A stretch of DNA of 64,000 nt from the human T2T-CHM13v2.0 reference genome, Homo sapiens, in the NCBI RefSeq assembly GCF_009914755.1, contig NC_060933.1, one strand, 5' to 3'. Both the position numbers and the translations under genes were made by a program. The notes under the pieces were generated by a model. It saw nothing but the letters and a program-made list of their open reading frames with translations, made no database searches and had not been told where the DNA came from. Shown piece after piece: positions 27,801-41,910 of the stretch; position 1 is the stretch's first letter, and each line of letters starts with the position of its first letter.

Positions 27801-29057
27801 AAATAAAAGCAAAAATATTTCTATCTTGGTATATGTGTGATTTTTGGTTTGGTTTTTGCCATTAAAGTTTGAGCTTGAGTAAGAGTGTTTAGAGACAATC
27901 AAAACTCTTAATTTCTGCCCAGTAGATAAACAAAAACAAGGCAGAACTGTAAAAGCGCATGGCACAAAGCTAAAACGCAGTCTCTCCTCTGTTCTCTTGG
28001 CTCTAGCAAACTTGGGGTTACAGACAGGCGGCAGTTCAGCAATAGCTCACCCTAAGGCATTGCCAAAGAAGCCCTTAGCAAGAGAATGGATTGCTTGTTA
28101 TGGCAATTTTAAGGGGATATGAGTGAAACTGAAAGGAGGCACTCAAATAATTCCTTGTGCAACCTCAAAGGGTCGCCACAATTCCCCTGTGTTTAAGAGG
28201 ACCCCTACATCCAGGAAAAAAGATCCCAGCCTGTGGAAACAACCCCAAGCCAAAGGCATGAGGCTCCCCAGGGGAGGGCCCAGCAGGAAATGCCTCTTTG
28301 CTTTGCAGTAGAGTCCAACACTTCAAGTTCTCAGAGATATGTGTTTGTGGTTTACCTAAAGGTGGAGAAATTCTACTTGGGACCCACACCTTAAATAATT
28401 AGCCTTCCCAGTGGTGAATTTTGCAATTAGGCTAAAATGTTTACCGTCAAGTATATGGCATGTGGATTTGACAAGAGAAATTTTCCGTAATTCAGGTCTA
28501 GAAAAATTATTCCTAATCCAGATGTGAGAGAAAATAAATTGAGAGCATAAAATATTTTAACTGTAGTCCCATGATAGGCCAAACCCAATATTATGGTGAG
28601 CCAGGGCCCCCTGTTGCAGCAAAGTACTTTCCTGCATGAAGTAAATAACTTCTTCCTAAGCATGAAATGTTGCTCTCTAGAGGGTATTTTAGTTGCCTGG
28701 AGTTTCTGTAAGATTGAGATTGTTTAGTAAGTTTCAGTTGAATTTTGTTTCTTTTTCCATCTCTCAGGCTGTAGTCTAAATAATACTTATCCAGTGCTTT
28801 TTTAAAACAACAAATCCAGTTCGATTTGATTCTTCATAAATGTTGCAAATTATCTTACTGAAGCTAAAAAAAGGTACAGTTTTAAAAGATAGTCAAGAGT
28901 TAAGGGAGGAAAAAAAAAAAAAAACACCTAAACTAAAGCAGGTATAAATAGGAATCTTTGCAACAGTTTTAAGACTTAAGAAGTTCGAGTTTAATTCCAC
29001 CTGCTGTTGTCTCAGTGGGAGATTAACTTCCAAGGAAATAGCTGCCTTGGAGGGTGA

Positions 29058-29525
<468 letters not shown>

Positions 29526-30017
29526 TCACACAATTAATCATTTATGTTAAATTAAAATATTTAAAATCTAAATAAAAATATAGATTTAAAAAATCTAGTG
29601 TGTGAATAGAATGGGAGGAAACTAAAAAATTGAGCACATAGATGTTTCATAATTCCTCAAATATAAGTAGCATAGTAAACCTAAGAAAATAGTGTTCTTT
29701 TTTCCCAGTAATAAAAATTATCCTAACTGATATGTTTTCATATTTGTGATAGCTGTCAAACAGCCCAGTTTAAAATTTGAAGGCCACCAAATTTAAAGCT
29801 TGTCAAAGGCACACTAATCACATTTATTTATTCACTTTTTTTTGTTCTTTGTCTGCTCTATTTGTCAGTCATTGGGAGAAGTATCAAACTCTTGAACTAG
29901 GAGTGTGGATTTATCAACCACTCTGCATGATCTTGCCAATTTTGCTTTATATATTTGAAGTTTACATTGTTAAGTGTTTACAAGTTTAGAATTATTATAT
30001 TTTCCTAAAGATTTAAC

Positions 30018-30260
30018 AAGAGCTGACTCTTACAAAGTAATTACTGTGCAACTCACATAATCTAAATATGTTACATACATTAACTTAGTCATTACAATAA
30101 CTCTGAGAGAGGTGTTACTATCCCAATTTTATGGTTGAGGAAAAGTTTGGAGAGCTTAAATAACTTATTCAAGTTCTCAGTACCTGGAGACATCAGGATT
30201 TGTACCTAGATATTATGGTTCCTAAAAACATGCCCTTTACCAATATACTGTACTGTCTCC
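30018..30260 (-). mobile_element. MIR
   Basis: tatcccaattttatggttgaggaaa...aataacttattcaag...atactgtactgtctccc. Confidence 0.7.
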
Positions 30261-30545
30261 CTATCTTCCTGTTATTATCTATTGGCCCTTTTCATCACTA
30301 TGAATGACTTTTGGCATAGTTTGTATTGTCTGATATTATTATAGCCATGTAAAAGAAATCCAGACTTTGGCAGCCTGTGGCTGCTAAGTGGATTACACAG
30401 GCATCCAGAATTCAGCTTCCATAGCTTCTGACCTCAAGGAAACTCAGAGTCTAGGAGAGTTGCTGAAGTTCCAGCCAACACAAATGTATTGCATTTCAGA
30501 AAAAGAAGACAGGCAGAAGAACACAAAATACTTGTCCATTTAAAA

Positions 30546-31035
30546 CTGTGCTCCCTAATATGATAGCCACCAGCTGTATGTGGCTATTGAGCATTTGAAA
30601 TGGGCATAGCCTGAACTGAAATGTGCTGAAAGTGTAAAATGCACACCAGAATTTCAAGATTTCATACAAAAAATATGGAAGTTAACCATTTATTATATTG
30701 ATTTCATGTTGAAATAATAATATTTTGGATATATTGGTTTATATAAAGTACATTATTCAAATTAATAGCCCAGGCATGGTGACTCAAGCCTGTAATCCCA
30801 GCACTTTGGAAGACTGAGGCAGGAGGATTGCTTGAGGCTAGGATTTCAAGGCTGCAGTGAGCTATGATAGCACCACTGCACTTGAGCCTAGGTGACAGAA
30901 CAAGACCCTATCTCTAAAATTAAATTAAAAAAATTAACCTGTCTCTTCCTACTTTTTTAAGGCAGCTACTAGAAAAAATTAAATTACATATCAAGTTTTC
31001 ATGTGTGGCTCACTTTATATTTCTGTTGGACAGTG
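30546..31035. mobile_element. MER33 (hAT-Charlie), interrupted by an Alu monomer
   Basis: atgtggctattgagcatttgaaatg...aatattttggatatattgg...tttctgttggacagtg; TSD atttaaaa/atttaaag. Confidence 0.82.
30767..30932 (+). mobile_element. Monomeric Alu (left-arm 5' half joined to J-type right-arm 3' half)
   Basis: cctgtaatcccagcactttgg (left arm) runs directly into ttcaaggctgcagtgagctatgat...gacagaacaagaccct (right arm). Confidence 0.85.
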
Positions 31036-31959
31036 ATTTAAAGAGCTTCCTTGGAATTCCCATCCGACAACTTCTTCTTACTTTTTACCAGCAAGAATTT
31101 AGCCCCTGGCTAACTAATAATGGTGACTACAGAATGTGGCCCTCTAAGCCTATGGTTACTCGTAACTGTTCTTAAGGGAGCACTGGAGAATGGAGACTTG
31201 GGGAGAGCCTCCTTTCCCTCCACCCCTGTAACAACCAGTGGATTGATTAGGCTTTAATTTGCTTTTGTTCTTCTACTTATTTGATATGTATATACTCTTT
31301 TTCTGTACTGTCAGTGAAAGCTGAAGAAGCGTATCTGAATGAATAAAATCGAAAATGTCTCTAGCCTCTTCCCAAAAATGAAAGAATATTTAAATGCTTT
31401 CACTTGGATTATTTACTTTACTTCCATTTTACATGTGACTATAGTCTAGTATTTTGTTTCTATCATGCTTTACACTGCCAAAATAGTAATTATTTTATAT
31501 AGTAGATTATTATTTAGACTTACTCACATGCTTACCAACTTCTATGCCTGATATTATTATTATTATTTTGCATTTCACTCCTTTCTTCTGGTTCAGTTTT
31601 CTTCCTTTAGTATTCTTAGGGTGATCTATTAGGGATAAATTACTTAATTTTTTATTTCATTGAAAATGTATTTTTCTAGTGCATTTGAATGATAATTTAG
31701 CTATTTGATAGTAATTTTCTTTCAACCTTCTCTAAGTCTTTCCTTTCGGAATCCCTATTGACTATATGTTAGACTATTATCTGTTACCCTAATTATCTGT
31801 TAACTGCTTTTTGAAATTTTCTATCTGTGAAACTCCATATGCTGCATTGTTATTCTTGGTTCAGAACAATCTTCTACTTTACAAATTCTCTTTTAAGCTG
31901 CCCAATTCTCTTTTACTCTCGACTAATTTTCTTTTTAGCATGAACATTGAGTTTTCAAC

Positions 31960-33020
31960 GTTTATAGTCATGTAACCAGCCTCATTATCAAGATACAGAT
32001 TTCTACCATCCCTCCAAATTCCCTTATATGGCACCTTGGAAGTCAATATCTTCATCTCTACCATCCCGTGGCATCTCCTTATCTGCTTTGTGCCTCACAG
32101 TTTTGCCTTTTCCAGGATATCATAAAAGGGATCATACAATATATAGCCTTTTGTGTCTGTCTTCTTTCACTGGCATAATGCTTTTGACATTCATTCATGT
32201 TGTTGCTTGTATCAGTAGTTTATTTTTTTATTGCAGAATATTATTCCATTGTATGGATATATCACAATTTCTTTATTCTTCATCAGTTAATGGATATTTG
32301 TGTTGTATTCGCTTGTTGGTTATTATGAATAAAGCTGCTGTAAGCATTTACTTACAGAACTTTGTGTAGTCATATATGTAAATATCTAGGAGCAGAATGA
32401 CTGAATTATATAGTAGGAGTATGTGTAAAGTTTCAAGAAATTACCCAACTGTTTTCCCAAGTGTCTATACCATTTTGCACTTGCACATTCTCCCAGAACT
32501 TGGTATTGCCTGTCTTTGATTTTAGCCATTCAAGTCGAAATGTAGTGGTATCTCACTGTGGTTTTGGTTTTGATTTACCAAATGACTAATGATATTTAGT
32601 ATCTTTTCATGTCCTTATTTGCCAGCTGTATCACTTCTTTGGTACGGTGTCTGTTCAAATCTTTGCTCCTCTTTAATTTTTTTTTTTGTATCCTTTAGTC
32701 ACAATAGTTCTTTATGTATTCTGGATACAAGTCTTCAGAAGTTAGGTGCTTTGCAAATATTATCTCCCAGTCTGTGACTTGTCCGTTTATTTCTGTTAAC
32801 GATGTCTTTGAGAAGTTTTTACATTTTCATGAAGTTAAATAAATATACCAATATTTTCTTTAATGGTTTGTGCCTTCTGTGACCTAAGAAATCTTTGCCT
32901 AACTCAAAACAATGAAGATTTTCTTCTAGTTTTTAGAGATGTTTCATAGTTTTAGCTCTTACATTTAGGTCTATGTTTTATTCTGAGTTAAATTTTTATT
33001 TTATGTGAGGTATGGGATCA
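31960..33020 (-). mobile_element. Old L1M (MC/MD/ME-like) 3' region
   Basis: tttgccttttccaggatatcata, tattccattgtatggatatatcacaat, tgtagtggtatctcactgtggtttt, acatttaggtctatg. Confidence 0.8.
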
Positions 33021-33136
33021 CAGACTAGTAGTGTACCTCATTCCCTTGAATCCAAAATGTTAAGCAAGATGTCTTCTCTGCCTTGATGTCACCTGGAAAG
33101 GAAAGAAAGAGAAGAGGTGTGAAAGTAAAGCTGAAT

Positions 33137-35785
33137 ATAATTCATTTACATTGAAGGTTATTACTGATTTGTGAGATTTTGTTCCTGTCATATTGTTAAT
33201 TGTTTTCTGGTTATTTTATATATTCTTTGTTCCTTTCTTTTTCTTATTATTTGTCATTATGCTTTGGTGGTTTTCTGAAGTGGTACAATTTGAGTCCTTT
33301 CTCTTCCTCATCTGTGTGCTTTATCAATGAGTGTTATCCTTTTCTGTACTTCCATGATAGTACATGTCATCCTTTCACTTTCAGGTTTAGGACTCCTTTG
33401 AGCATTTCTTGTAGGATCGATCTATTGTTGAGAATTCCCTCAGTTATTGCTTCTCTGGGAAATACTTTATTTCTCCATTTTTAAATAAAGGATAATTTTG
33501 CTAGATATACTATCTGTGGCAGGCAGTATGTATTTCTCTCCTGGCCTATAAGCTTTCTGCTGAGAAATCTGTTGTTAATCTGATGAGGGTTTCTTTACAG
33601 GTGACTAGAAACTTTTCTCTTGCTGTTTTTATAATTTTCTCTTTGTCTTTGCTTTAGACAGTTTGTCTGTAATGTGCTTGGAGAAAACCTTTGCATTGTA
33701 TCTGTTTGGTGATCTCAGAGCCTCCTATATCTGGATGTCTAAATATCTTGCTAAATTATTTCATTAAATAGGTTTTCTAACCTTTTCATTCTCTCTTTGC
33801 CTTCCAGGACCCTGACAATTCAAACATTTGGTTGCTTTATGGTGTCCCATGTGCCATGAAGGCTTTGCTTATTCTTTTTTATCCTTTTATCTTTATTTTT
33901 TTCTTATCGGGTTGTTGCAAAAGAACTGTCTTCAAGTTTTGAGATTCATTCTTCTTCTTGATCTAGCCTGTGTTGAAGCTTTCAAATATATTTTCTTTTC
34001 ATTCAATGAAGTCTGTAAGTCCAGAGTTTCTGGTTGGTTCTTCTTTATGATATCTACTTCCTTGGAAAATCTCCCATTCATATACTTAATTGTTTTTCTT
34101 ATTTTTTTTGTATTGTTTTTCAGAATTTTCTTTATCTCACTGAGCTTCTTTAGTATCGATACTTTGAATTCTTTTTCTGGAATTTCATAAATTTTTTTTT
34201 TTTGGGATCTGTTTCTGGAGAACTGTTGTGTTCCTTATGTTGATATCTGTGCATCTTGTGTAATAGTTACTTCTTCTAATTTTTAAAAATTTGCTTTCAT
34301 AGGGGAGAACTTTTTTCTGAAGATGTATCTATGGTATTGGTTCGGTAGAGCACTTCAGCTTTGATTCTGGGTACATACAGCAGTATAGTCGCTACATGAT
34401 TTATTTGCTTGTAAACAGCATCAGTGGTGTCTATGAGTCCTCAGTGGCTTAGGGTGCAGTTATTAATGGAGGGTGTGGTGAAGTTTTGCTGAGGACTATG
34501 ACACCAGTAGGCCAGTCTTTAGGCTTTAGTGGTGGCAATGGTGAGCTGAGCATGCCTATCCTTGAGCTCTAGAGTAATGTGTGCTGGCACTGGTATTAGT
34601 GGGCCCAGGCAGGACAATCGTTGGGTTTCCAGGTGGATTATTTAGATGCCAGTAGTGGCAACAGTGGGCTGGGTGGGTGAGTTCCCAGGCCCCTGGCAGC
34701 AGTATGGTATGAACGATGGCAGTGGTAGTAAAACCCTTTGGGTACTGAGCGGTGTGTGCTGGTATTGACAGTGGCTGCAATGGGCTGCATAGGACAGTCT
34801 CCAGGCACATAGGTGGTGTGTGCAGGTAGGTGGTAACAGCTGGGGGCAGAGTAGAAGGGTCGGGAAACCCAGCCTCAGGCCCTTCCTAGGAGTGTTCAGG
34901 TGTCAATAGTGGTGGACTAGGCTAGGAAATCCTCCGGTCCCCAGACTGTGTCTGGCATGGGGTGTGTAGAGAGGTGAAGCTGGGCTAGGTAGGTTTATCC
35001 TCGGCACCCCCAATGATGTGTATAGGCCTCAGCCATGGTAGGTAGGGGTGAGGCAATATCCAGACCACCAGCAGAATGCTTGGGTGGGGTTGGTAGTGTC
35101 TAGCTGCTGCTCTGCAGCAGAGGGTGGAGCCACTTTCAGTGGCGGCAGCTTAGGCCAGTGGGTAGGGAATGTGTGCACCCCTTCAGCCTCTGCTTTGGTG
35201 GTGTTTGCACCTCAGTCCTGGTGGTGATCGCCTGTTTCTTGCTTACATTTCAGCTCCATGGGCAACAGCCCACACTTCTCTTGCTCCTCTGCCTTGGTGC
35301 TGCGGGGCCTAAGACAGCATGCAATCTGTTGGAGGTGGAGCTCTAAAATGGCACTTTGCTGTAGCTGCTTAGGTGTCAGGGTGTGTGTGGGACCCAGCAT
35401 GAACTCTCTCTCTGGAACAATGGTGTCACACAATCCCCCAGTGGCTCCCTATGTTAGTTTCAGGGCCAGTGAGGGTTGGGGGGCTTTCCCGTGGCTAGGA
35501 TTGTGGGAGTCCATGGTGGGAATGTGGACGGCTACTGGTCTCTCACTCACCCTTTCCTCACATTAAGGAGTCTTTCCTGGCTCCAAGCCAATCACAGCTG
35601 AGCAGGCTGTCTCACTTCCCTCTTCTTCCTTGCTTTAGGTATTTCCTGTTACTTTTCTGTTGAATTCCAGTATTCTTTCTTGGATGATCTATTCGAAGTG
35701 TGATTATCTACTCACTATTTTGGTTCTTAGTGAAGAAGGCTAGTGCAAAATGCCTCTAGTAAGCCATTTTGAAGCCCTTTCCCTA
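33137..35785 (-). mobile_element. L1M 5' UTR plus ORF1 region (old L1MA-type)
   Basis: T-rich reverse ORF1 (tttctgctgagaaatctgttgttaatctgatg), GC-rich 5' UTR at 34450-35600, 5' terminus agccattttgaag near 35770. Confidence 0.8.
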
Positions 35786-36180
35786 TTAATTAAAAATAAT
35801 ATAAGACCAAAACTCCTGATTTTGACTCTTGTGAAAAAAGAGGTGGACAAAATATTCTAAGTATTGATCTGTCTCTCTATACACTGCTGCAACCATCATA
35901 TTGGCCACACAGGAAGAATTCTCCCTTTAAAACTGGACAAATGACCATGTTTCTGATTTTCCATTGCTTACTTAGCACAAGCCTGTAAAAGTCAATGTAA
36001 TTTTATTAAATCTTGAAGATAGGAAAAGGAAGTTAACAGCCGACTCTAGGCAATTTGGGGTACAGAATAGAGCTTATTTGTTGGAGCAAACTGTCCACTA
36101 TACAGGCTGTTTTCTTGGTTGTTAGCATTCTTCATGTGACAGACATCCTTTCAGAAGCCCCTAAGTAAGAATTCTTTTAG

Positions 36181-36500
36181 ATTTTTTTTTTTCTTTTGAG
36201 ATGGAGTCTCGATCTGTCCCCCATGATGGAGTGCAAAGGCGCAATCTCAGCTCAGTCTGGAGTTCAGTTGCATAATCTTGGCTCACTGCAACCTCCACTT
36301 CCAGAGTTCTCCTGCCTCAGCCTCCTAAGTAGCTGCTACTACAGCTGCCTGCCACCACACCCAGCTAATTTTTGTATTTTTAGTAGAGATGGGGTTTCGC
36401 CATGTTGACCAGGCTGGTCTTGAACTCCTGCCTCAAGTGATCCACCCACCTCAGCCTCCCAAAGTGCTGGGATTACATGCATGAGTCACCATGCCCAGCC
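36181..36500 (-). mobile_element. AluS with internal 31-bp duplication
   Basis: Alu consensus; the ctggagtgcagtggcgcgatctcggctca segment is present twice (36224-36285). Confidence 0.92.
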
Positions 36501-37958
36501 AGACTTTCACAGACTCTTTAAAAAGCAAAGGAAGGTGGCTAAGCTTTTTCTTCCATTTCCATAGGTTTACCCCTTATGTCTAGTTCTGTTAGAGAGCCCA
36601 ACCCCTCCTTTCACTATTGAGACTGAAAATGATCTCACTCTTTAGAAAACTGAAATTATCTTATCAAAGCAACGTTCTTTAAGATAACCATATCTTAATA
36701 AAGTAGCTCAAACATTCCTAAAGCAGGAATTGTCTCTTTCCACTAATTGTGAACAAACACTGCTTGGGAAATAAAAAGATTTGTGAGACTCAAACTTTAT
36801 AATTTAGTTAGATTTAAGAGGTGCATAAGCCAAATAAACCAATTATTCAAAGTAAGTAGTATATTATTTCATGAGTCTTCAGAAAAAGTAGAGATTATTG
36901 TGGAAGAAGTTTGGGCTTAAATTATACCTAAGGACATGAAAGTGAAGAAAAGTCATTCCAAGCAGGGGCATAATGTACATAAAAGAAAAGACAGTGTAAC
37001 ATGAAAGATTTAAAGGATAGTTCATAGAGAGTTTGGTTAGAGAAGCAAGTAGTTATAAAATTGCAATAGCAGAAGAAAGTGATATAACTGAATTTGAATT
37101 TCCTTAACTTCCTTTTTAAGGAAGTGGGGTCCAAACACAAATTTTGGTCCGAGTGAATTAATGTGTAAAGCATGATTTTAAAATAATTAACCTAGAGGTG
37201 GATGTTGGGGTGTACTGACAAAGACAGGTTGAAGCAGTGAAACCAGTTACAAGGCTGTCTGTTGTCGTGAACAGACAGTTCTGAAATGATAAAAATTTGA
37301 CCTAGGGTGCTGATGATAAAAATTAAAAAAACAAAAACAAAAATGAAATCAAAGGAATTAGAAGAAAATCTGACTCATATTTTTTGGACTTTATTTGATT
37401 TTTAAAAGTTAGGTAATTATTAATATAGAAATTAACTTAGTAACTGATCTCCAGTGGGGGTCTTTGTAGTTCATAATATTTTTATAAATTATATGAATTT
37501 GGCTAAGTGCATGTATACATGTCATCCAAATATAAACTGTATCACATTTTTAGATGCCCCAAGTGATAGTGAAATGACTATGCTCAAAGTGAATACAATA
37601 GTCCATAGGTGCATCACACCCTTCCCCAACACCCTTCTTGCTTGAATTCATCCCTCTAAAGTGAAGTAATTGAAGTTCCAAAAAAAATATTTAAATTGTA
37701 AATTTCCTGTAGATTATCAAAAACGCAGAAACTCAAGCTGTCTCACAAGTACTGGTGGGTCAGTTATATTTCAACCAAATGTTGTCTTGTGGCATGTCTC
37801 ATTATTGACTACAGTTGGATTTGCCTCTAGAAGTCAGATACAGAAAATGCTTTGAACTGTACTATTCATGGCCTAGATTTCAGTGAGAGGATATGAATAT
37901 TCGTACCTGGCATGAAATTCCCTTCATGTTCTTTTCCTCTTCTCACCACTTTTTAAAG

Positions 37959-37973
37959 TCATTAGAATGTCAG
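37959..37973 (+). other. Candidate 15-nt microexon TCATTAGAATGTCAG
   Basis: Long pyrimidine tract ttcatgttcttttcctcttctcaccactttttaaag| and perfect donor CAG|GTAAGT; frame-preserving length. Confidence 0.3.
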
Positions 37974-40900
37974 GTAAGTCTGTTTTCTCTTGGCATTTCA
38001 AAGGGCAACAGTCAATTTTCTTTCAGGTGGGACTTTTTTCTTTTTTTCTACTTGGTTTTGTGTTGTATTAACTGTATTTTGCTGGAAGTGTTTTCATGCT
38101 GGTGCAAATCTAGACAAAGAAAACTTTTATGCAAAATAAACAAAATAGAATGTACTGAGCCAGGATTTCTTTGCAGGACATGTTCCTTAGGCTACTTCTG
38201 AGAGGTTATTTATGGATGGCTGTTTATCCCCTGGAGCCTGACTTCATTTCTTGGTGAAGTGAAACGTCTCTGTGTTTAGTACATTGCTCTGCCACCCCTG
38301 GGAATGGCTGGATGTCAAATATTTACTCCTGTGGGATCGAACAGAAATCAGAGATGCACAGAGAAAATAGAAGTCAAATGCGGCGTCCTTGAGAATTGGC
38401 AAAAATTCAAAGGAAATGGATTTTAAAAGAAAATATTTAAAAATAAAGTGATAGCATAGTGTAACTTTCTTTATTGGAATGAGGGAAAACCCACTAAAAT
38501 ATAAAGCTACTTCAAGCAGAAGAGTATTTTCATCTTATTGCTTTCTTAGTGACCACACCCATCTCATTTTCTTACCTGGCTCAGTACCAGGCCCAGAGGG
38601 AGAGGTTTTAAATTTTTATTTTTTTTAATTGAAAACGGATGCTGCACCTTGTTTTTCAAGCCTGCATTTTTCATCAGAAAGAAAAAGAAAAGAACACCTC
38701 GCCAAGTATTAGTTTGTTACCTATGCAACCACATAAAACCTAGGAATCAAAACTTGGCATTCAGCTTTATAGATAGTCACACTGGAAAAATCAAGAAAGT
38801 CCCAAATAAGTTTGTTGTCTTCCCAGGACATCTCATTTCAAATTGTGTGTCTGATTCTCTCATCCATCTTCTCTACAGAGTTTCTTTTGGCGTTATATTT
38901 CCTGTATTGTCAGAAACGAAGCTACATTTAAAAGGTTAAATCAAATAAACCCAGCTACAAAAGGGCTTATAAAATAATCATAGTTGTGAACAGCAAGGAA
39001 AGAGGACAACCACTAAAACCATAAAGGGAATCCTTCATGGATGGCCGTGCTTTAAAGTTCACATGAGCTATGTAACATTAGATGCTTTTAAAATTCAGAG
39101 GACAAAGTACAGGCATGTTTGTGCATTTCTCTTTCATTTGACAAGTTTTTTTTAGTTAGGTCTGGACCAGATACTCTCTGCTGCTTGCACATGTGTAATT
39201 GAGGAGTTTGCTTTGGTAATGTTTTCCACTTTCAAACTTGTGTACTATCAAGAGGTAAGAACAATCCCACCTCCTTCTAAACCCCAAAGTGACACCAAAT
39301 TCCGGCTTGATCTCCTCAGTGTCAGAACCAGCATCCATTTGAAATATTGTCCAAGCAACTTACTGGTATCTTGGGAAGCTGTTAATCACAGACTGCCCTG
39401 CCTTCTGTGAAACTGACAGCATTTGGAAGGCTGCTGGGCACACTAAATTTAAAAGTAAATGTTTGGCAGCTTCAGCCGTCCTCAAGTTTGGCAAGGAGAG
39501 TATAATCAACAAAGGGGCATTACTTTTAATTGTATTTAAAAATATAAGTCCCTGCAGTATCCAGAGCTGTGTGCTCTGAGAGGCCCTTGTGCTGTTTGCC
39601 CCTTTGCACCAGGGGGGATGCAGTTTATACAAGCAGGCTTTGTTTTAATTAGTGCAGCAAGCAGCCTCCCTCCCCACCTCCTCCTTTCAATGCTTCCAGT
39701 TTACAATTGTCCATAACCCCCTCAGCTAAAAATTGTTACCAAGAAAAATTCCACAGAAACCAAAAGAAAAGGGCCAGCAGAGACTGTGCTTTTAAAGAGC
39801 TTTTCCAGACTGACTCCGCAGAGCTGTCTGCAGGGAGTGAGTCGCTGAGCTATTATTACTCCAATGGGTTTCAGCTCCGGGGATGTCCCCCAAGGTTAAC
39901 AAGATAGTTCCGTTAAAAATAACATTAAATTCTTCTCCCTACCCCTTCCCCCCAAAGGGGAAAAACAACAACATGCCCACCTTTTAATAACATTAAGGAT
40001 CTGGTTTAAAGTGACAAAAGCCAGAAAATTCTAATTTAAGGGGGTTAGAATTCTATCTCCAAGCCACGTCTTTGAGGACGAATAAAATCCAGACTTAATG
40101 AGGTGAGTTAAGGATAAAGTGCCAGCTTTAACCCAGCATTACAGAGCTTTTGTGCCTCCTGAGGCAGGCTCTTCTGAATGTTGAAGCAGTAGATAGCAAA
40201 AATTAGTGTTTAAAAGAGAAACAACTTAAGGTGGGATGAGAAGCACATTGTATGAAATCGTAGTCTTGGACAAACGTTGTTTTACGTTTAGCAAAGAAAA
40301 GCACTTGGTTCTTGCGCGCTGATCAAAACCTTTGTCATCTGATTAGTTGTGCGAAGGATTTTTTTGTGCTGCATCTTTTTCCTTTTGATTTTCAACATTG
40401 CACACACCCACAAATTCAAGTCTTCATTTTCATTGAAATCATGTTGAACAATCACTCCTTTTATTCTTTAATTAAAAAAAGAGATGCTCAGGAGGGAAGA
40501 TTTTGTAAAGTATTTGAAATTCATGCTTTGTTGGACCACTGGATTATAAAAGCTGTGAAGGTGTCATTAGAGACTTCGCATAATCAGTGACTGGGTATAG
40601 ATCAATATCACTCACTCATTTCCAGGACAGAGACTGGTTTGCGACCTGTGTTCACAGTTTCCTTCAAGGTATACAACCATGTGGAGAAAGGACTTCTCAA
40701 ATTAGGATTTTAAACTGAAGTATTTTCAGGTTAAAATGTTTACAGTCTTAAACTACTTTGATTCCATTATATTTGTGCATATTTTTAAAATATAAAATTT
40801 AAGCGTTTTTGAGAAGAAATACTATGTACTCGTGTGATATCAAATAAGCCTCATTTATTCACTTGGAAAATGAATATAATTTTTAGGCAATTATCAGTGT

Positions 40901-41659
40901 AATTTTTTTCTCCCTATTAAAAAAGAAAATTTCTGTTTCTTGTTTGCCTCTTTCTAACTTGTTTGTTGTAAACATCTCAAACTGACCTTTTAAACTCTAA
41001 TTTTATGCTGAAATGAATATTTCCATTACTCCCAACACTGATATATCCATGGAGCTAAAGGAAAAAAGCCCATTTCCTACATATTAGTTAGAGGAAATTA
41101 AAAAAAAAATCTATTTCTATCAGTGGGTGAGGGGACATCATGGTTTTTGCAACAACCATGTTTGGTAAAATATGATAACCAGAGTTCTCCAAAGCTGGAT
41201 GTATATCCACAAGTAGCAAGCTGCTCCACTGTGGTCCTGTCATAAACAAAGTATTGTGCTGTGCTCTCTGGGCTCCAGTAGCGATTTGACTTAGAAATTT
41301 TGTATAACCTTGTTTTTCTCATGTGAAGATGATGGCACTAATCAAGGATAGCAGTATGTTCACTTTAGGCAGTTTTTTGGTGTGTTATTAGAATGGATTT
41401 TACAAAGTCATCTATAGCATTTTGATATCTAGTCTCTTCACAGCGCATTTTAAATGGTGGCCAGGTGGCTGGGATTAAAGGCCCGTTATGTGGCCAGAGG
41501 AGAGAAATCAACAGGCCCACACAAGAACTAGACCTCTAACACCTGACTTCATGGGTGCCATTACTTTAAGAACTAAGCAGCTTTATTGATAAGAAACATA
41601 CTGCTATCTTACCTTTTGAGGAAACGGTCCCATCCTGAAGTGCTGGAAGTTCGTAAGGG

Positions 41660-41910
41660 GGGTATTAAGTGTGTGGTTTAGGGGGAGGGCGGGCTGGGCT
41701 TCAACATCTGGCACTACCACTTCACTAGCTGTGTGACCTAGGTAGGGCTGGATATTTATTACTCCTTTCTTTTCAGCTTCATTTTTGTCACGTATAAAAC
41801 AAAAATAAGGTCAACCTTATAAAGTAGGGTTACATAAAATAATAAAAACTTATTTATTAGGGTGACTGAGAAAAGTACTCAATAATGGTAGCTATGATTA
41901 TTGTTATTAC
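41660..41910 (+). mobile_element. MIR
   Basis: ccacttcactagctgtgtgacct...tactcaataatggtagctatgattatt. Confidence 0.7.

Noticed and set aside
39869-39890. REST/RE1-like ttcagctccggggatgtcccc
   Set aside because: The right half-site GGACAG is broken and the left half has a mismatch.
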